From Azolla caroliniana (lineage: Eukaryota > Plantae > Polypodiophyta): a stretch of 64,000 nt of DNA. The notes under the pieces were generated by a model. The model was not told the origin of the DNA. It did not search any database and worked only from the letters and a program-made list of their open reading frames with translations. The stretch lies in the NCBI GenBank assembly GCA_043228905.1, contig JBHGNT010000017.1, forward strand, positions 19,024,694 through 19,088,693. The letters are read 5' to 3'. Made by a program: the position numbers and the translations under genes. The stretch's first letter is position 1, and each line of letters begins with the position of its first letter. This document shows positions 24,347 to 37,859 of this stretch, one piece after another.

Positions 24347-27300
24347 AACAATCCGGGATCACACGAGCCAGGTATGAACATTTCAATTTACTCACGAGCT
24401 CTTCTCCACTACCTCCTCAAATTTACTAATTTCTTCATGTCTCTGGACATGAGTTTCAAAATCTTAATTTTTTAATTCCATATCATAGCTGGTGTTGTGA
24501 GCTTCAATTCGCATCTTTGAACACAACAAGCTGGGGTCACATGAGCCACGTATGAACATTTCAATTTACTCACGAGCTCTTCTCAACTCCCTCCTCAAAT
24601 TTGCTAATTTCTTCATGTCTCTCATTCTGAGTTTCAAAATCTTGATTTTTTAATTCCATATCATAGCTAGTGTTGTTAGCTTCGATTCGCATGTTTGAAC
24701 ACAAAAAGCCGAAATCACATGATCCAGGTATGAACATTTTCATTTCCAAACATGCTCTTCTCCACTCCCTCAATAATTTGCTAATTTCTTCATGTCTCTA
24801 GACCTGAGTTTAAAAATCTTTATTTTTAAAATCCATATCATAGCTAGTGTTGTTAGCTTCGATTCGCATGTTTGAACACTAAAATCCGATATCACACGAG
24901 GCAGGTATGAACATTTTGATTTCTTAACGAACTCTTCTCTGCTACCTCCTCAAATTTGCTAATTTCTTCATGTCTCTCGACTTGAGTTTCAAATTCTTGA
25001 TTTTTTAGTTTCATATAATATCTAGTTTTGTTAGCTTCAATTCGAATGTTTGAACACTAAAATCCGATATCACATTAGCCAGGCATCAACATTTTCATTT
25101 TTTAATGAGCTCTTCTCCACTACCTCCTCAAATTTGCTAATTTCTTCATGTCTCTCGACCTGAGTTTAAAATTCTTGATTTTTTAATTCCATATCATAGC
25201 TAGTATTGTGACCTTCGATTCGCATATTTGAACACAACAATCCGGGATCACACGAGCCAGGTATGAACATTTCAATTTACTCACGAGCTCTTCTCCACTA
25301 CCTCCTCAAATTTGCTAATTTCTTCATGTCTCTGGACCTGAGTTTCAAAATCTTAATTTTTTAATTCCATATCATAGCTAGTGTTGTTAGCTTCGATTCA
25401 CATGTTTGAACACTAAAATCCGATATCACACGATCCAGGTATGAACATTTTCATTTCCAAACAGGCTCTTCTCCACTCCCTCAATAATTTGCTAATTTCT
25501 TCATGTCTCTAGACCTGAGTTTAAAAATCTTGATTTTTAAAATCCATATCATAGCTAGTGTTGTTAGCTTCGATTCGCATGTTTGAACACTAAAATCCAA
25601 TATCACAGGAGCCAGGTATGAACATTTGAATTTCTTGACGAACTCTTCTCCGCTACCTCCTCAAATTTGCTAATTTCTTCATGTCTCTCGACTTGAGTTT
25701 CAAATTCTTGATTTTTTAATTTCATATAATAGCTAGTTTTGTTAGCTTCAATTCGCATGTTTGAACACTAAAATCCGATATCACATTAGCCAGGTATCAA
25801 CATTTTCATTTTTTAACGAGCTCTTCTCTACTACCTCCTCAAATTTGCTAATTTCTTCATGTCTCTCGACCTGAGTTTCAAATTCTTGATTTTTTAATTC
25901 CATATCATAGCTAGTGTTGTGAGCTTCGATTCGCATATTTGAACACAACAATCCGGGATCACACGAGCCAGGTATGAACATTTCAATTTACTCACGAGCT
26001 CTTCTCCACTACCTCCTCAAATTTACTAATTTCTTCATGTCTCTGGACCTGAGTTTCAAAATCTTAATTTTTTAATTCCATATCATAGCTAGTGTTGTTA
26101 GCTTCGATTCGCATGTTTAAACACTAAAATCCGATATCACACGAGGCAGGTATGAACATTTTCATTTCTTAACGAACTCTTCTCCGCTACCTCCTCAAAT
26201 TTGCTAATTTCTTCATGTCTCTGGACCTGAGTTTCAAATTCTTGATTTTTTAAATCAAGATCATAGCTAGTGTTGTTAGCTTCGATTCGCATGTTTGAAC
26301 ACAAAAAGCCGATATCACACGATCCAGGTATGAACATTTTCATTTCCAAACAGGCTCTTCTCCACTCCCTCAATAATTTGCTAATTTCTTCATGTCTCTA
26401 GACCTGAGTTTAAAAATCTTTATTTTTAAAATCCATATCATAGCTAGTGTTGTTAGCTTCGATTCGCATGTTTGAACACTAAAATCCGATATCACACGAG
26501 GCAGGTATGAACATTTTCATTTCTTAACGAACTCTTCTCCGCTACCTCCTCAAAAATGCTAATTTCTTCATGTCTCTCGACTTGAGTTTCAAATTCTTGA
26601 TTTTTTAGTTTCATATAATACCTAGTTTTGTTAGCTTCAATTCGAATGTTTGAACACTAAAATCCGATATCACATTAGCCAGGCATCAACATTTTCATTT
26701 TTTAACGAGCTCTTCTCTACTACCTCCTCAAATTTGCTAATTTCTTCATGTCTCTCGACTTGAGTTTCAAATTCTTGATTTTTTAATTCCATATCATAGC
26801 TAGTGTTGTGAGCTTCGATTCGCATATTTGAACACAACAATCCGGGATCACACGAGCCAGGTATGAACATTTCAATTTACTCACGAGCTCTTCTCCACTA
26901 CCTCCTCAAATTTACTAATTTCTTCATGTCTCTCGACCTGAGTTTCATAATCCTAATTTTTTAATTACATATTATAGCTGGTGTTGTTAGCTTCGATTCC
27001 CATGTTTGAACAATAAAATCTGATATCAGATGAGCTATGTATGAACATTCTCATTTCCAAACAGGCTCTTCTCCACTCCCTCCTGTATTTTGCTAATTTC
27101 TTCATGTCCCTCGACTTGAGTTTCAAATTCTTGATTTTTTTATTTCATATCATAGCTAGTGTTGTTAGCTTCGATTCGCATGTTTGAACACTAAAATCCA
27201 ATATCACACGAGGCAGGTATGAACATTTTCATTTCTTAACGAACTCTTCTCCGCTACCTCCTCAAATTTGCTAATTTCTTCATGTCTCTCGACATGAGTT

Positions 27301-30300
27301 TCAAATTCTTGATTTTTTAATTCCATATCATAGCTAGTGTTGTTAGCTTCGATTCGCATGTTTGGACACAAAAAGCCGATATCACACGATCCAGGTATGA
27401 ACATTTTAATTTCCAAACAGGCTCTTCTCCACTGCCTCAATAATTTGCTAAATTCTTCATGTCTCTCGACCTGAGTTTAAAAATCTTGATTTTTAAAATC
27501 CATATCATAGCTAGTGTTGTTAGCTTCGATTCGCATGTTTGAACACCAAAATCTGATATCACACGAGCCAGGTATGAACATTTGAATTTACTGACGCCCT
27601 CTTCTCAACTCCCTCCTCAAATTTACTAATTTCTTCACGCTTCTCGACCTGAGTTACAAATTCTTGATTTTTTAATTACATATCATAGCTAGTGTTGTTT
27701 GCTTCGATTCCCATGTTTGAACACTAAAATCCGATATCACATGAGCTATGTATGAACATTCTCTTTTCCAAACAAGCTCTTCTCCACTCCCTCCTCAAAT
27801 TTGCTAATTTCTTCAATTTACTTACACCCTCTTCTCAACGCCCTCCTTTAATTTGCTAATTTGTTCATGTCTCTCGACCTGAGATACAAATTCTTGATTT
27901 TTTAATTTCATATCATAGTTAGTGTTGTTAGTTTCGATTCGCATGTTCGAACACTAAAATCCGATATCACATGAGCTATGTATGAACATTTTCATTTCCG
28001 AACAGGCTCTTCTCCACTCCCTCCTCTAATTTGCTAATTTCTTCATGTCTCTCTACCTGAGTTTCAAATTCTTGATTTTTTAATTTGATATCATAGCTAG
28101 TGTTGTTAGCTTCGATTCGCATGTTTGAACACTAAAATCTGATATGACACGAGCCAGGTATGAACATTTGAATTTACTCACGCCCTCTTCTTAACTCCCT
28201 CCTCAAATTTGCTAATTTCTTCATGTCTCTCGACCTGAGTTTGAAATTCTTGATTTTTTAATTCCATATAATAGCTAGATTTATTAGCCTCGATTCGCAT
28301 GTTTGAACACAAAAATCCGATATCACACAAGACAGGTATTAACATTTGAATTTACTCACGCACTCTTCTCAACTCCCTCCTCAAATTTGCTAATCTCTTC
28401 GTGTCTCTCGACCTAAGTTTCAAAATCTTGAATTTTTAAATCCATATCATAGCTAGTGTTGTAAGCTTCCATTCGCATGTTTGAACACTAAAATCAGATA
28501 TTACACGAGCCAGGTATGAACATTTGAATTTACTCACGCCCTCTTCTCAACTCCCTCCTCAAATTTTTAAAATCCATATCATAGCTAGTGTTGTTAGCTT
28601 CGATTCGCATGTTTGAACACTAAAATCTGATATCACATGAGCCAGGTATCAACATTTTCATTTTTGAACGAGCTCTTCTCCACTACCTCAAATTTTTTAA
28701 CGGGCTCTTCTCCACTATGATATATAATCAAAAAATCAAGAATTTGTAACTCAGGTCGAGAAGCATGAAAAAATTAGCAAATTTGAGGAGGGAGTTGACA
28801 AGAGGGCGTGAGTAAATTCAAATGTTCATACCTGGCTCGTGTGATATCAGATTTTAGTGTTCAAACATGCGAATCGAAGCTAACAACGCTAGCTATGATA
28901 TGGATTTTAAAAATCAAGATTTTTAAACTCAGGTCGAGAGACATGATGAATTTAGCAAATTTGAGGAGGGAGTTGAGAAGAGCTCGTGACTAAAGTGGAA
29001 TGTTCATACCTGGCTCGTGTGATCCCGGATTGTCGTGTTCAAAGATGCGAATCGATGCTCATAACACTAGCTATGATATGGAATTAAAAAATCTAGAATT
29101 TGAAGAAATTAGCAAATTTGAGGAGGTAGCGGAGAAGAGTTCGTTAAGAAATGAAAATGTTTATACCTGGCTCGTGTGATATCGGATTTTAGTGTTGCAA
29201 CATGCGAATCGAAGCTAACAACACTAGCTATGATATGGATTTTAAAAATCTAGATTTTTAAACTCAGGTCGAGAGACATGAAGAAATTAGCAAATTATTG
29301 AGGGAGTGGAGAAGAGCCTGTTTGGAAATGAAAATGTTCATACCTGGATCGTGTGATATCGAATTTTTGTGTTCAAACATGCAAATCGAAGGTAATAACA
29401 CTAGCTATTCTATGGAATTAAAAAATCGACAATTTGAAACTCAGGTCGAGAGACATGAAGAAATTAGCAAATTTGAGGAGGGAGTTGAGAATAGGGCGTG
29501 AGTAAATTCAAATGTTCATACCTGGCTCGTGTGATATCGGATTTTAGTGTTCAAACATGCGAATCGAAGCTAACATCACTAGCTATGATATGGATTTAAA
29601 AAATCAAGATTTTGAAACTTAGGTCGAGAGACATGAAGAAATTAGCAAATTTGAGGGGGGAGTTGAGATGAGCGCGTGAGTAAATTAAAATGTTAATACC
29701 TCTCTCTTGTGATATCGGACTTTTGTGTTCAAACATGCGAATCGAAGCTAACAATACTAGCTATTATATGGAATTAAAAAATCTAGAATTTGAAACTCAG
29801 GTCGAGAGACATGAAGAAATTAGCAAATTTGAGGAGGGAGTTGAGAAGAGGGCGTGAGTAAATTCAAATGTTCATACCTGGCTCGTGTGATATCAGATTT
29901 TATTGTTCAAACATGCGAATCGAAGCTAACATCACTAGCTATGATATGGATTTCAAAAATCAAGATTTTGAAACTCAGGTCGAGAGACATGAAGAAATTA
30001 GCAAAATTGAGGAGGGAGTTGAGAAGAGCTCGTGCGTAAATTGAAATATTCATACCTGGCTCGTGTGATCCCGGATTGTTGTATTCAAAGCTGCGAATCG
30101 AAGCTCACAACACTAGCTATGATATGGAATTAAAAAATCAAGAATTTGAAACTCAGGTCGAGAGACATGAAGAAATTAGCAAATTTGAGGAGGTAGTGGA
30201 GAAGAGCTCGTTCAGAAATGAAAATGTTGATACCTGGGTCATGTGATATCGGATTTTAGTGTTCAAACATGCGAATCGAAGCTAACAAGACTAGCTATGA

Positions 30301-33300
30301 TATGAAATTAAAAAATGAAGAGTTTGAAACTCAGGTCGGGAGACATGAAGAAATTAGCAAATTAGAGGAGGGAGTGGAGAAGAGCCTGTTTGGAAATGAA
30401 AATGTTCAGACCTGGATCGTGTGATATCGGATTTTTGTGTTCAAACATGCGAATCGAAGCTAAGAACACTAGCTATTATATAGAATTAAAGAATCGAGAA
30501 TTTGAAACTCAGGTCGAGAGACATGAAGAAATTAGCAAATTTGAGGAGGGAGTTGAGAAGAGGGCGTGAGTAAATTCAAATGTTCATACCTGGCTCGTGT
30601 GATATCGGATTTTAGTGTTCAAACATGCGTATCGAAGCTAACATAACTAGGTATGATATGGATTTTAAAAAGCAACATTTTGAAACTCAGGTCGAGAGAC
30701 ATGAAGAAATTAGCAAATTAGAGGAGGGAGTGGAGAAGAGCTTGTTTGGAAATAAAAATGTTCAGACCTGGATCGTGTGATATCGGATTTTTGTGTTCAA
30801 ACATGCGAATCGAAGTTAACAACACTAGCTATTATATAGAATTAAAAAATCGAGAATTTGAAACTCAGGTCGAAAGACATGAAGAAATTAGCAAATTTGA
30901 GGAGGGAGTTAAGAAGAGTGCGTGAGTAAATTGAAATGTTAATACCGGTCTCGTGTGATATCGGATTTTTGAGTTCAAACAGGCAAATCGAAGCTAACAA
31001 CACTAGCTATTCTATGGAATTAAAAAATCGACAATTTGAAACTAAGGTTGAGAGACATGAAGAAATTAGCAAATTTGAGGAGGGAGTTGAGAAGAGGGCG
31101 TGAGTAAATTCAAATGTTCATACTTGCCTCGTGTGATATCGGATTTTAGTGTTTAAACATGCGAATCGAAGCTAACAACACTAGCTATGATATGGAATTA
31201 AAAAATTAAGATTTTGAAACTCAGGTCCAGAGACATGAAGAAATTAGTAAATTTGAGGAGGTAGTGGAGAAGAGCTCGTGAGTAAATTGAAATGTTCATA
31301 CCTGGCTCGTGTGATCCCGGATTGTTGTGTTCAAATATGCGAATCGAAGCTCACAACACTAGCTATGATATGGAATTAAAAAAACAAGAATTTGAAACTC
31401 AGGTCGAGAGACATGAAGAAATTAGCAAATTTGAGGAGGTAGTAGAGAAGAGCCTGTTAGGAAATCAAAATGTTCATACCTGGATCGTGTGATATCGGAT
31501 TTTAGTGTTCAAACATGCAAATCGAAGCTCACAACACTAGCTATGACATGGAATTAAAAATTCAAGATTTTGAAACTTAGGTCAAGAGACACGAAGAAAT
31601 TAGAAAATTTGAGGAGGGAGTTGAGAAGAGCCTGTTTGGAAATGAGAATGTTCATACATAGCTCATGTGATATCGGATTTTAGTGTTCAAACATGGGAAT
31701 CGAAGCTAACAACACTAGCTATGATATGAAATTAAAAAATCGAGAATTTGAAACTCAGGTCGAGAGACATGAAGAAATTACAAATTAGAGGAGGGAGTGG
31801 AGAAGAGCCTGTTTGGAAATGAAAATGTTCATACCTGGATCGTGTGATATCGAATTTTTGTGTTCAAACATGCGAATCGAAGCTAACAAAACTAGCTATG
31901 ATATAGAATTAAAAAATCAAGATTTTGAAAGTCAGGTCCAGAGACATGAAGAAATTAGCAAATTTGCTGAGGGAGTTTAGAAGAGCTCGTGAGTAAATTG
32001 AAATGTACATACCTGGCTTGTGTGATTCTGGATTTTAGTGTTCAAAGATGCGAATCGAAGCTCACAACACTAGCTATGATATAGAATTAAAAAATCTAGA
32101 ATTTGAAACTCAGGTCGAGAGACATGAAGAAATTAGCAAATTTGAGGAGGGAGTTGAGAAGAGCTCGTTAAGAAATGAAAATGTTGATACCTGGGTCATG
32201 TGATATCGGATTTTAGTGTTCAAACATGCGAATCGAAGCTAACAACACTAGCTATGATATGAAATTAAAAAATGAAGAGTTTGAAACTCAGGTCGAGAGA
32301 CATGAAGAAATTAGCAAATTAGAGGAGGGAGTGGAGAAGAGCCTGTTTGGAAATGAAAATGTTTAGACCTGGATCGTGTGATATCGGATTTTTGTGTTCA
32401 AACATGCGAATCGAAGCTAACAACACTAGCTTTTATATAGAATTAAAAAATCGAGAATTTGAAACTCAGGTCGAGAGACATGAAGAAATTAGCAAATTTG
32501 AGGAGGGAGTTGAGAAGAGGGCGTGAGTAAATTCAAATGTTCATACCTGGCTCGTGTGATATCGGATTTTAGTGTTCAAACATGAGTATCGAAGCTAACA
32601 TAACTAGGTATGATATGGATTTAAAAAAGCAACATTTTGAAACTCAGGTCGAGAGACATGAAGAAATTAGCAAATTAGAGGAGGGAGTGGAGAAGAGCTT
32701 GTTTGGAAATAAAAATGTTCAGACCTGTATCGTGTGATATCGGATTTTTGTGTTCAAACATGCGAATCGAAGTTAACAACACTAGCTATTATATAGAATT
32801 AAAAAATCGAGAATTTGAAATTCAGGTCGAAAGACATGAAGAAATTAGCATATTTGAGGAGGGAGTTAAGAAGAGTGCGTGAGTAAATTGAAATGTTAAT
32901 ACCGGTCTCGTGTGATATCGGATTTTTGAGTTCAAACAGGCAAATCGAAGCTAACAACACTAGCTATTCTATGGAATTAAAAAATCGACAATTTGAAACT
33001 AAGGTTGAGAGACATGAAGAAACTAGAAAATTTGAGGAGGGAGTTGAGAAGAGGGCGTGAGTAAATTCAAATGTTCATACCTGGCTCGTGCAATATCGGA
33101 TTTTAGTGTTCAAACATGCGTATCGAAGCTAACAACACTAGCTATGATATGGATTTAAAAATTCAAGATTTTGAAACTTAGGTCGAGAGACACGAAGAGA
33201 TTAGCAAATTTGAGGAGGGAGTTGAGAAGAGCGCGTGAGTAAATTCAAATGTTAATACCTGTCTCGTGTGATATCGGATTTTTGTGTTCAAACATGCGAA

Positions 33301-36300
33301 TCGAGGCTAATAAATCTAGCTATTATATGGAATTAAAAAATCAAGAATTTTAAACTCAGGTCGAGAGACATGAAGAAATTAGCAAATTTGAGGAGGGAGT
33401 TGAGAAGAGGGCGTGAGTAAATTCAAATGTTCATACCTGGCTCGTGTGATATCAGATTTTAGTGTTCAAACATGCGAATCGAAGCTAACAACACTAGCTA
33501 TGATATGGATTTTAAAAATCAAGATTTTTAAACTCAGGTCGAGAGACATGATGAATTTAGAAAATTTGAGGAGGGAGTTAAGAAGAGCTCGTTAAAAAAT
33601 GAAAATGTTGATACCTGTCTAATGTGATATCGGATTTTAGTGTTCAAACATGCGTATTGAAGCTAACAAAACTAGCTATTATATGAAACTAAAAAATCAA
33701 GAATTTGAAACTCAAGTCGAGAGACATGAAGAAATTAGCAAATTTGAGGAGGGAGTTGAGAAGAGCTCGTGAGTAAATTGAAATGTTCATACGTGGCTCA
33801 TGTGACCCCGGATTGTTGTGTTCAAAGATGCGAATCGAAGATCACAAAACTATCTATGATATGGAATTAAAAAATCAAGAATTTGAAACTCAGGTCGAGA
33901 GACATGTAGAAATTAGCAAATTTGAGAAGGTAGTGGAGAAGAGCTCTTTAAAAAATGAAAAATGTTGATACCTGGCTCATGTGATATCGCATTTTAGTGT
34001 TCAACCATGCGAATTGAAGCTAACAACACTAGCTATTATATGAAACTAAAAAATCAAGAATTTGAAACTCAAGTCGAGAGACATGAAGAAATTAGCAAAT
34101 TTTAGGAGGTAGCAAAGCAGAGTTCGTTAAGAAATGAAAATGTTTATACCTGGCTCATGTGATATCAGATTTTTGTGTTCAAACATGCGAATCGAAGCAA
34201 ACTACACTAGCTATGATATGAAATTAAAAAATCAAGAATTTGAAACTCAGGTCGAGAGACATGAAGAAATTAGCAAATTAGAGGAGGGAGTGGAGAAGAG
34301 CCTGTTCGGAAATGAAAATGTTCATACATAGCTCATGTGATATCGGATTTTAGTGTTCAAACATGCGAATCGAAGTTAACAACACTAGCTATTATATAGA
34401 ATTAAAAAATCGAGAATTTGAAACTCAGGTCGAGAGACATGAAGAAATTAGCAAATTTGAGGAGGGAGTTAAGAAGAGCGTGTGAGTAAATTGAAATGTT
34501 AATACCTGTCTCGTGTGATATCGGATTTTTGTGTTCAAACATGCAAATCGAAGCTAACAACACTAGCCTTTCTATGCAATTAAAAAATCTACAATTTGAA
34601 ACTCAGGTCGAGAGACATGAAGAAATTAGCAAATTTGAGGAGGGAGTTGAGAAGAGGGCGTGAGTAAATTCAAATGTTCATACCTGGCTCGTGTAATATC
34701 TGATTTTAGTGTTCAAACATGCGAATGGAAGCTTACAACACTAGCTATGATATGGATTTAAAAATTCAAGATTTTGAAACTTAGGTTGAGAGACACAAAG
34801 AGATTAGCAAATTTGAGGAGGGAGTTGAGAAGAGTGCGTGAGTAAATTCAAATGTTAATACCTGTCTCGTGTGATATCGGATTTTTGTGTTCAAACATGC
34901 GAATCGAGGCTAATAAATCTAGCTATTATATGGAATTAAAAAATCAAGAATTTCAAACTCAGGTCAAGAGACATGAAGAAATTAGAAAATTTGAGGAGGG
35001 AGTTAAGAAGAGGGCGTGAGTAAATTCAAATGTTCATACCTGGCTCGTGTCATATCAGATTTTAGTGTTCAAACATGCGAATCGAAGATAACAACACTAG
35101 CTATGATATCAAATTAAAAAATCAAGAATTTCAAACTCAGGTCGAGAGACATGAAGATATTAGCAAATTAGAGAAGGGAGTGGAGAAGAGCATGTTTGGA
35201 AATGAAAATGTTCATACCTGGATCGCGTGATAGCGGATTTTTGTGTTGAAACATGTAAATCGAAGCTAACAACACTAGCTATGATATGAAATTAAAAAAT
35301 AAAGAATTCGAAAGTTAGGTCGAGACACACGAAAAAATTAGCAAATTTGAGGAGGGCGTTGAGAAGAGGGTGTCAGTAAATTCAAATGTTCATACCTGGC
35401 TCGTGTGATATCAGATTTTAGTGTTCAAACATTCGAATCGAAGCTAACAACACTAGCTATGATATGGATTTTAAAAATCAAGATTTTTAAACTCAGGTCG
35501 AGAGACATGAAGAAATTAGCAAATTTGAGGAGGGAGTTGAGAAGAGCTCGTGAGTAAATTGAAATGTTCATACGTGGCTCATGTGACCCCGGATTGTTGT
35601 GTTCAAAGATGCGAATCGAAGCTCACAACACTAGCTATGATATGGAATTAGAAAATCAAGAATTTGAAAATCAGGTCGAGAGACATGAAGAAATTAGCAA
35701 ATTAGAGGAGGGAGTGGAGAAGAGCTTGTTCGGAAATGAGAATGTTCATACATAGCTCATGTGATATCGGATTTTAGTGTTCAAACATGGGAATCGAAGC
35801 AAACAACACTAGCTATGATATGTAATTAAAAAATCAAGAATTTGTAACTCAGGTCGAGAAGCGTGAAGAAATTAGTAAATTTGAGGAGGGAGTTGAGAAG
35901 AGGGCGTCAGTAAATTCAAATGTTCATACCTGGCTCGTGTGATATCAGATTTTGGTGTTCAAACATGCGAATCGAAGCTAACAACACTAGCTATGATATG
36001 GATTTTAAAAATCAAGATTTTTAAACTCAGGTCGAGAGACATGAAGAATTTAGCAAATTATTGAGGGAGTGGAGAAGAGCCTGTTTGGAAATTAAAATGT
36101 TCATACCTGGATCGTGTGATATCGGCTTTTTGTGTTCAAACATGCGAATCGAAGCTAACAACACTAGCTATGATATGGATTTAAAAAATCAAGAATTTGA
36201 AACTCATGTCGAGAGACCTGAAGAAATTAGCAAATTTGAGGAGGTAGTGGAGAAGAGCTCGTTAAGAAATGAAAATGTTCATACCTGCCTCGTGTGATAT

Positions 36301-37859
36301 CGGATTTTAGTGTTCAAACATGCGAATCGAAGCTAACAACACTAGCTATGATATGGATTTTAAAAATAAAGATTTTTAAACTCAGGTCTAGAGACATGAA
36401 GAAATTAGCAAATTATTGAGGGAGTGGAGAAGAGCATGTTTGGAAATGAAAATGTTCATACCTGGCTCGTGTGATATCGGATTTTAGTGTTCAAACATGC
36501 GAATCGAAGCTAACATCACTAGCTATGATATGGATTTAAAAAATCAAGATTTTGAAACTTAGGTCGAGAGACATGAAGAGATTAGAAAATTTGAGGGGGG
36601 AGTTTAGAAGAGCGCGTGAGTAAATTGAAATGTTAATACCTGTCTCGTGTGATATCGGATTTTTGTGTTCAAACATGCGAATCGAGGCTAACAATACTAG
36701 CTATTATATGGAAATAAAAAATCAAGAAATTAACAAATTTGAGGAGGGAGTTGAGAAGAGAGCGTGAGTAAATTCAAATGTTCACACCTGGCTCGTGTTA
36801 TATCGGATTTTAGTGTTCAAACATGTGAATCGAAGCTAACAACACTAGTTACGATATGGATTTAAAAAATCAAGATTTTGAAACTTAGGTCGAGAGACAT
36901 GAAGAAATTAGCAAATTTGAGGGGGGAGTTGAGATGAGCGCGTGAGTAAATTAAAATGTTAATACCTCTCTCTTGTGATATCGGACTTTTGTGTTCAAAC
37001 ATGCGAATCGAAGCTAACAATACTAGCTATTATATGGAATTAAAAAATCTAGAATTTGAAACTCAGGTCGAGAGACATGAAGAAATTAGCAAATTTGAGG
37101 AGGGAGTTGAGAAGAGGGCGTGAGTAAATTCAAATGTTCATACCTGGCTCGTGTGATATCAGATTTTAGTGTTCAAACATGCGAATCGCAGCTAACATCA
37201 CTAGCTATGATATGGATTTCAAAAATCAAGATTTTGAAACTCAGGTCGAGAGACATGAAGAAATTAGCAAAATTGAGGAGGGAGTTGAGAAGAGCTCGTG
37301 CGTAAATTGAAATATTCATACCTGGCTCGTGTGATCCCGGATTGTTGTGTTCAAAGATGCGAATCGAAGCTCACAACACTAGCTATAATATGGAATTAAA
37401 AAATCAAGAATTTGAAACTCAGGTCGAGAGACATGAATAAAGTAGCAAATTTGAGGAGGGAGTTGAGAAGAGCTCGTTAAGAAATGAAAATGTTGATACC
37501 TGGGTCATGTGATATCGGATTTTAGTGTTCAAACATGCGAATCGAAGCTAACAACACTAGCTATGATATGAAATTAAAAAATGAAGAGTTTGAAACTCAG
37601 GTCGAGAGACATGAAGAAATTAGCAAATTAGAGGAGGGAGTGGAGAAGAGCCTGTTTGGAAATGAAAATGTTTAGACCTGGATCGTGTGATATCGGATTT
37701 TTGTGTTCAAACATGCGAATCGAAGCTAACAACACTAGCTTTTATATAGAATTAAAAAATCGAGAATTTGAAACTCAGGTCGAGAGACATGAAGAAATTA
37801 GCAAATTTGAGGAGGGAGTTGAGAAGAGGGCGTGAGTAAATTCAAATGTTCATACCTGG

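Larger units (their letters stand above)
15462..28717 (-). repeat. 178-bp satellite, main family, inverted block B (about 13.3 kb, about 75 monomers)
   Basis: Sequence switches to the reverse complement (atatcacacgagccaggtatgaacatt, ctcttctcaactccctcctcaaatttgctaatttcttcatgtctctcgacc). Repeat-derived ORFs move to the minus strand from 15810 to 27440. Confidence 0.97.

Noticed and set aside
15462-28717. Transposon or invertible element
   Set aside because: No terminal repeats distinct from the satellite and no transposase or recombinase; the content is entirely satellite.
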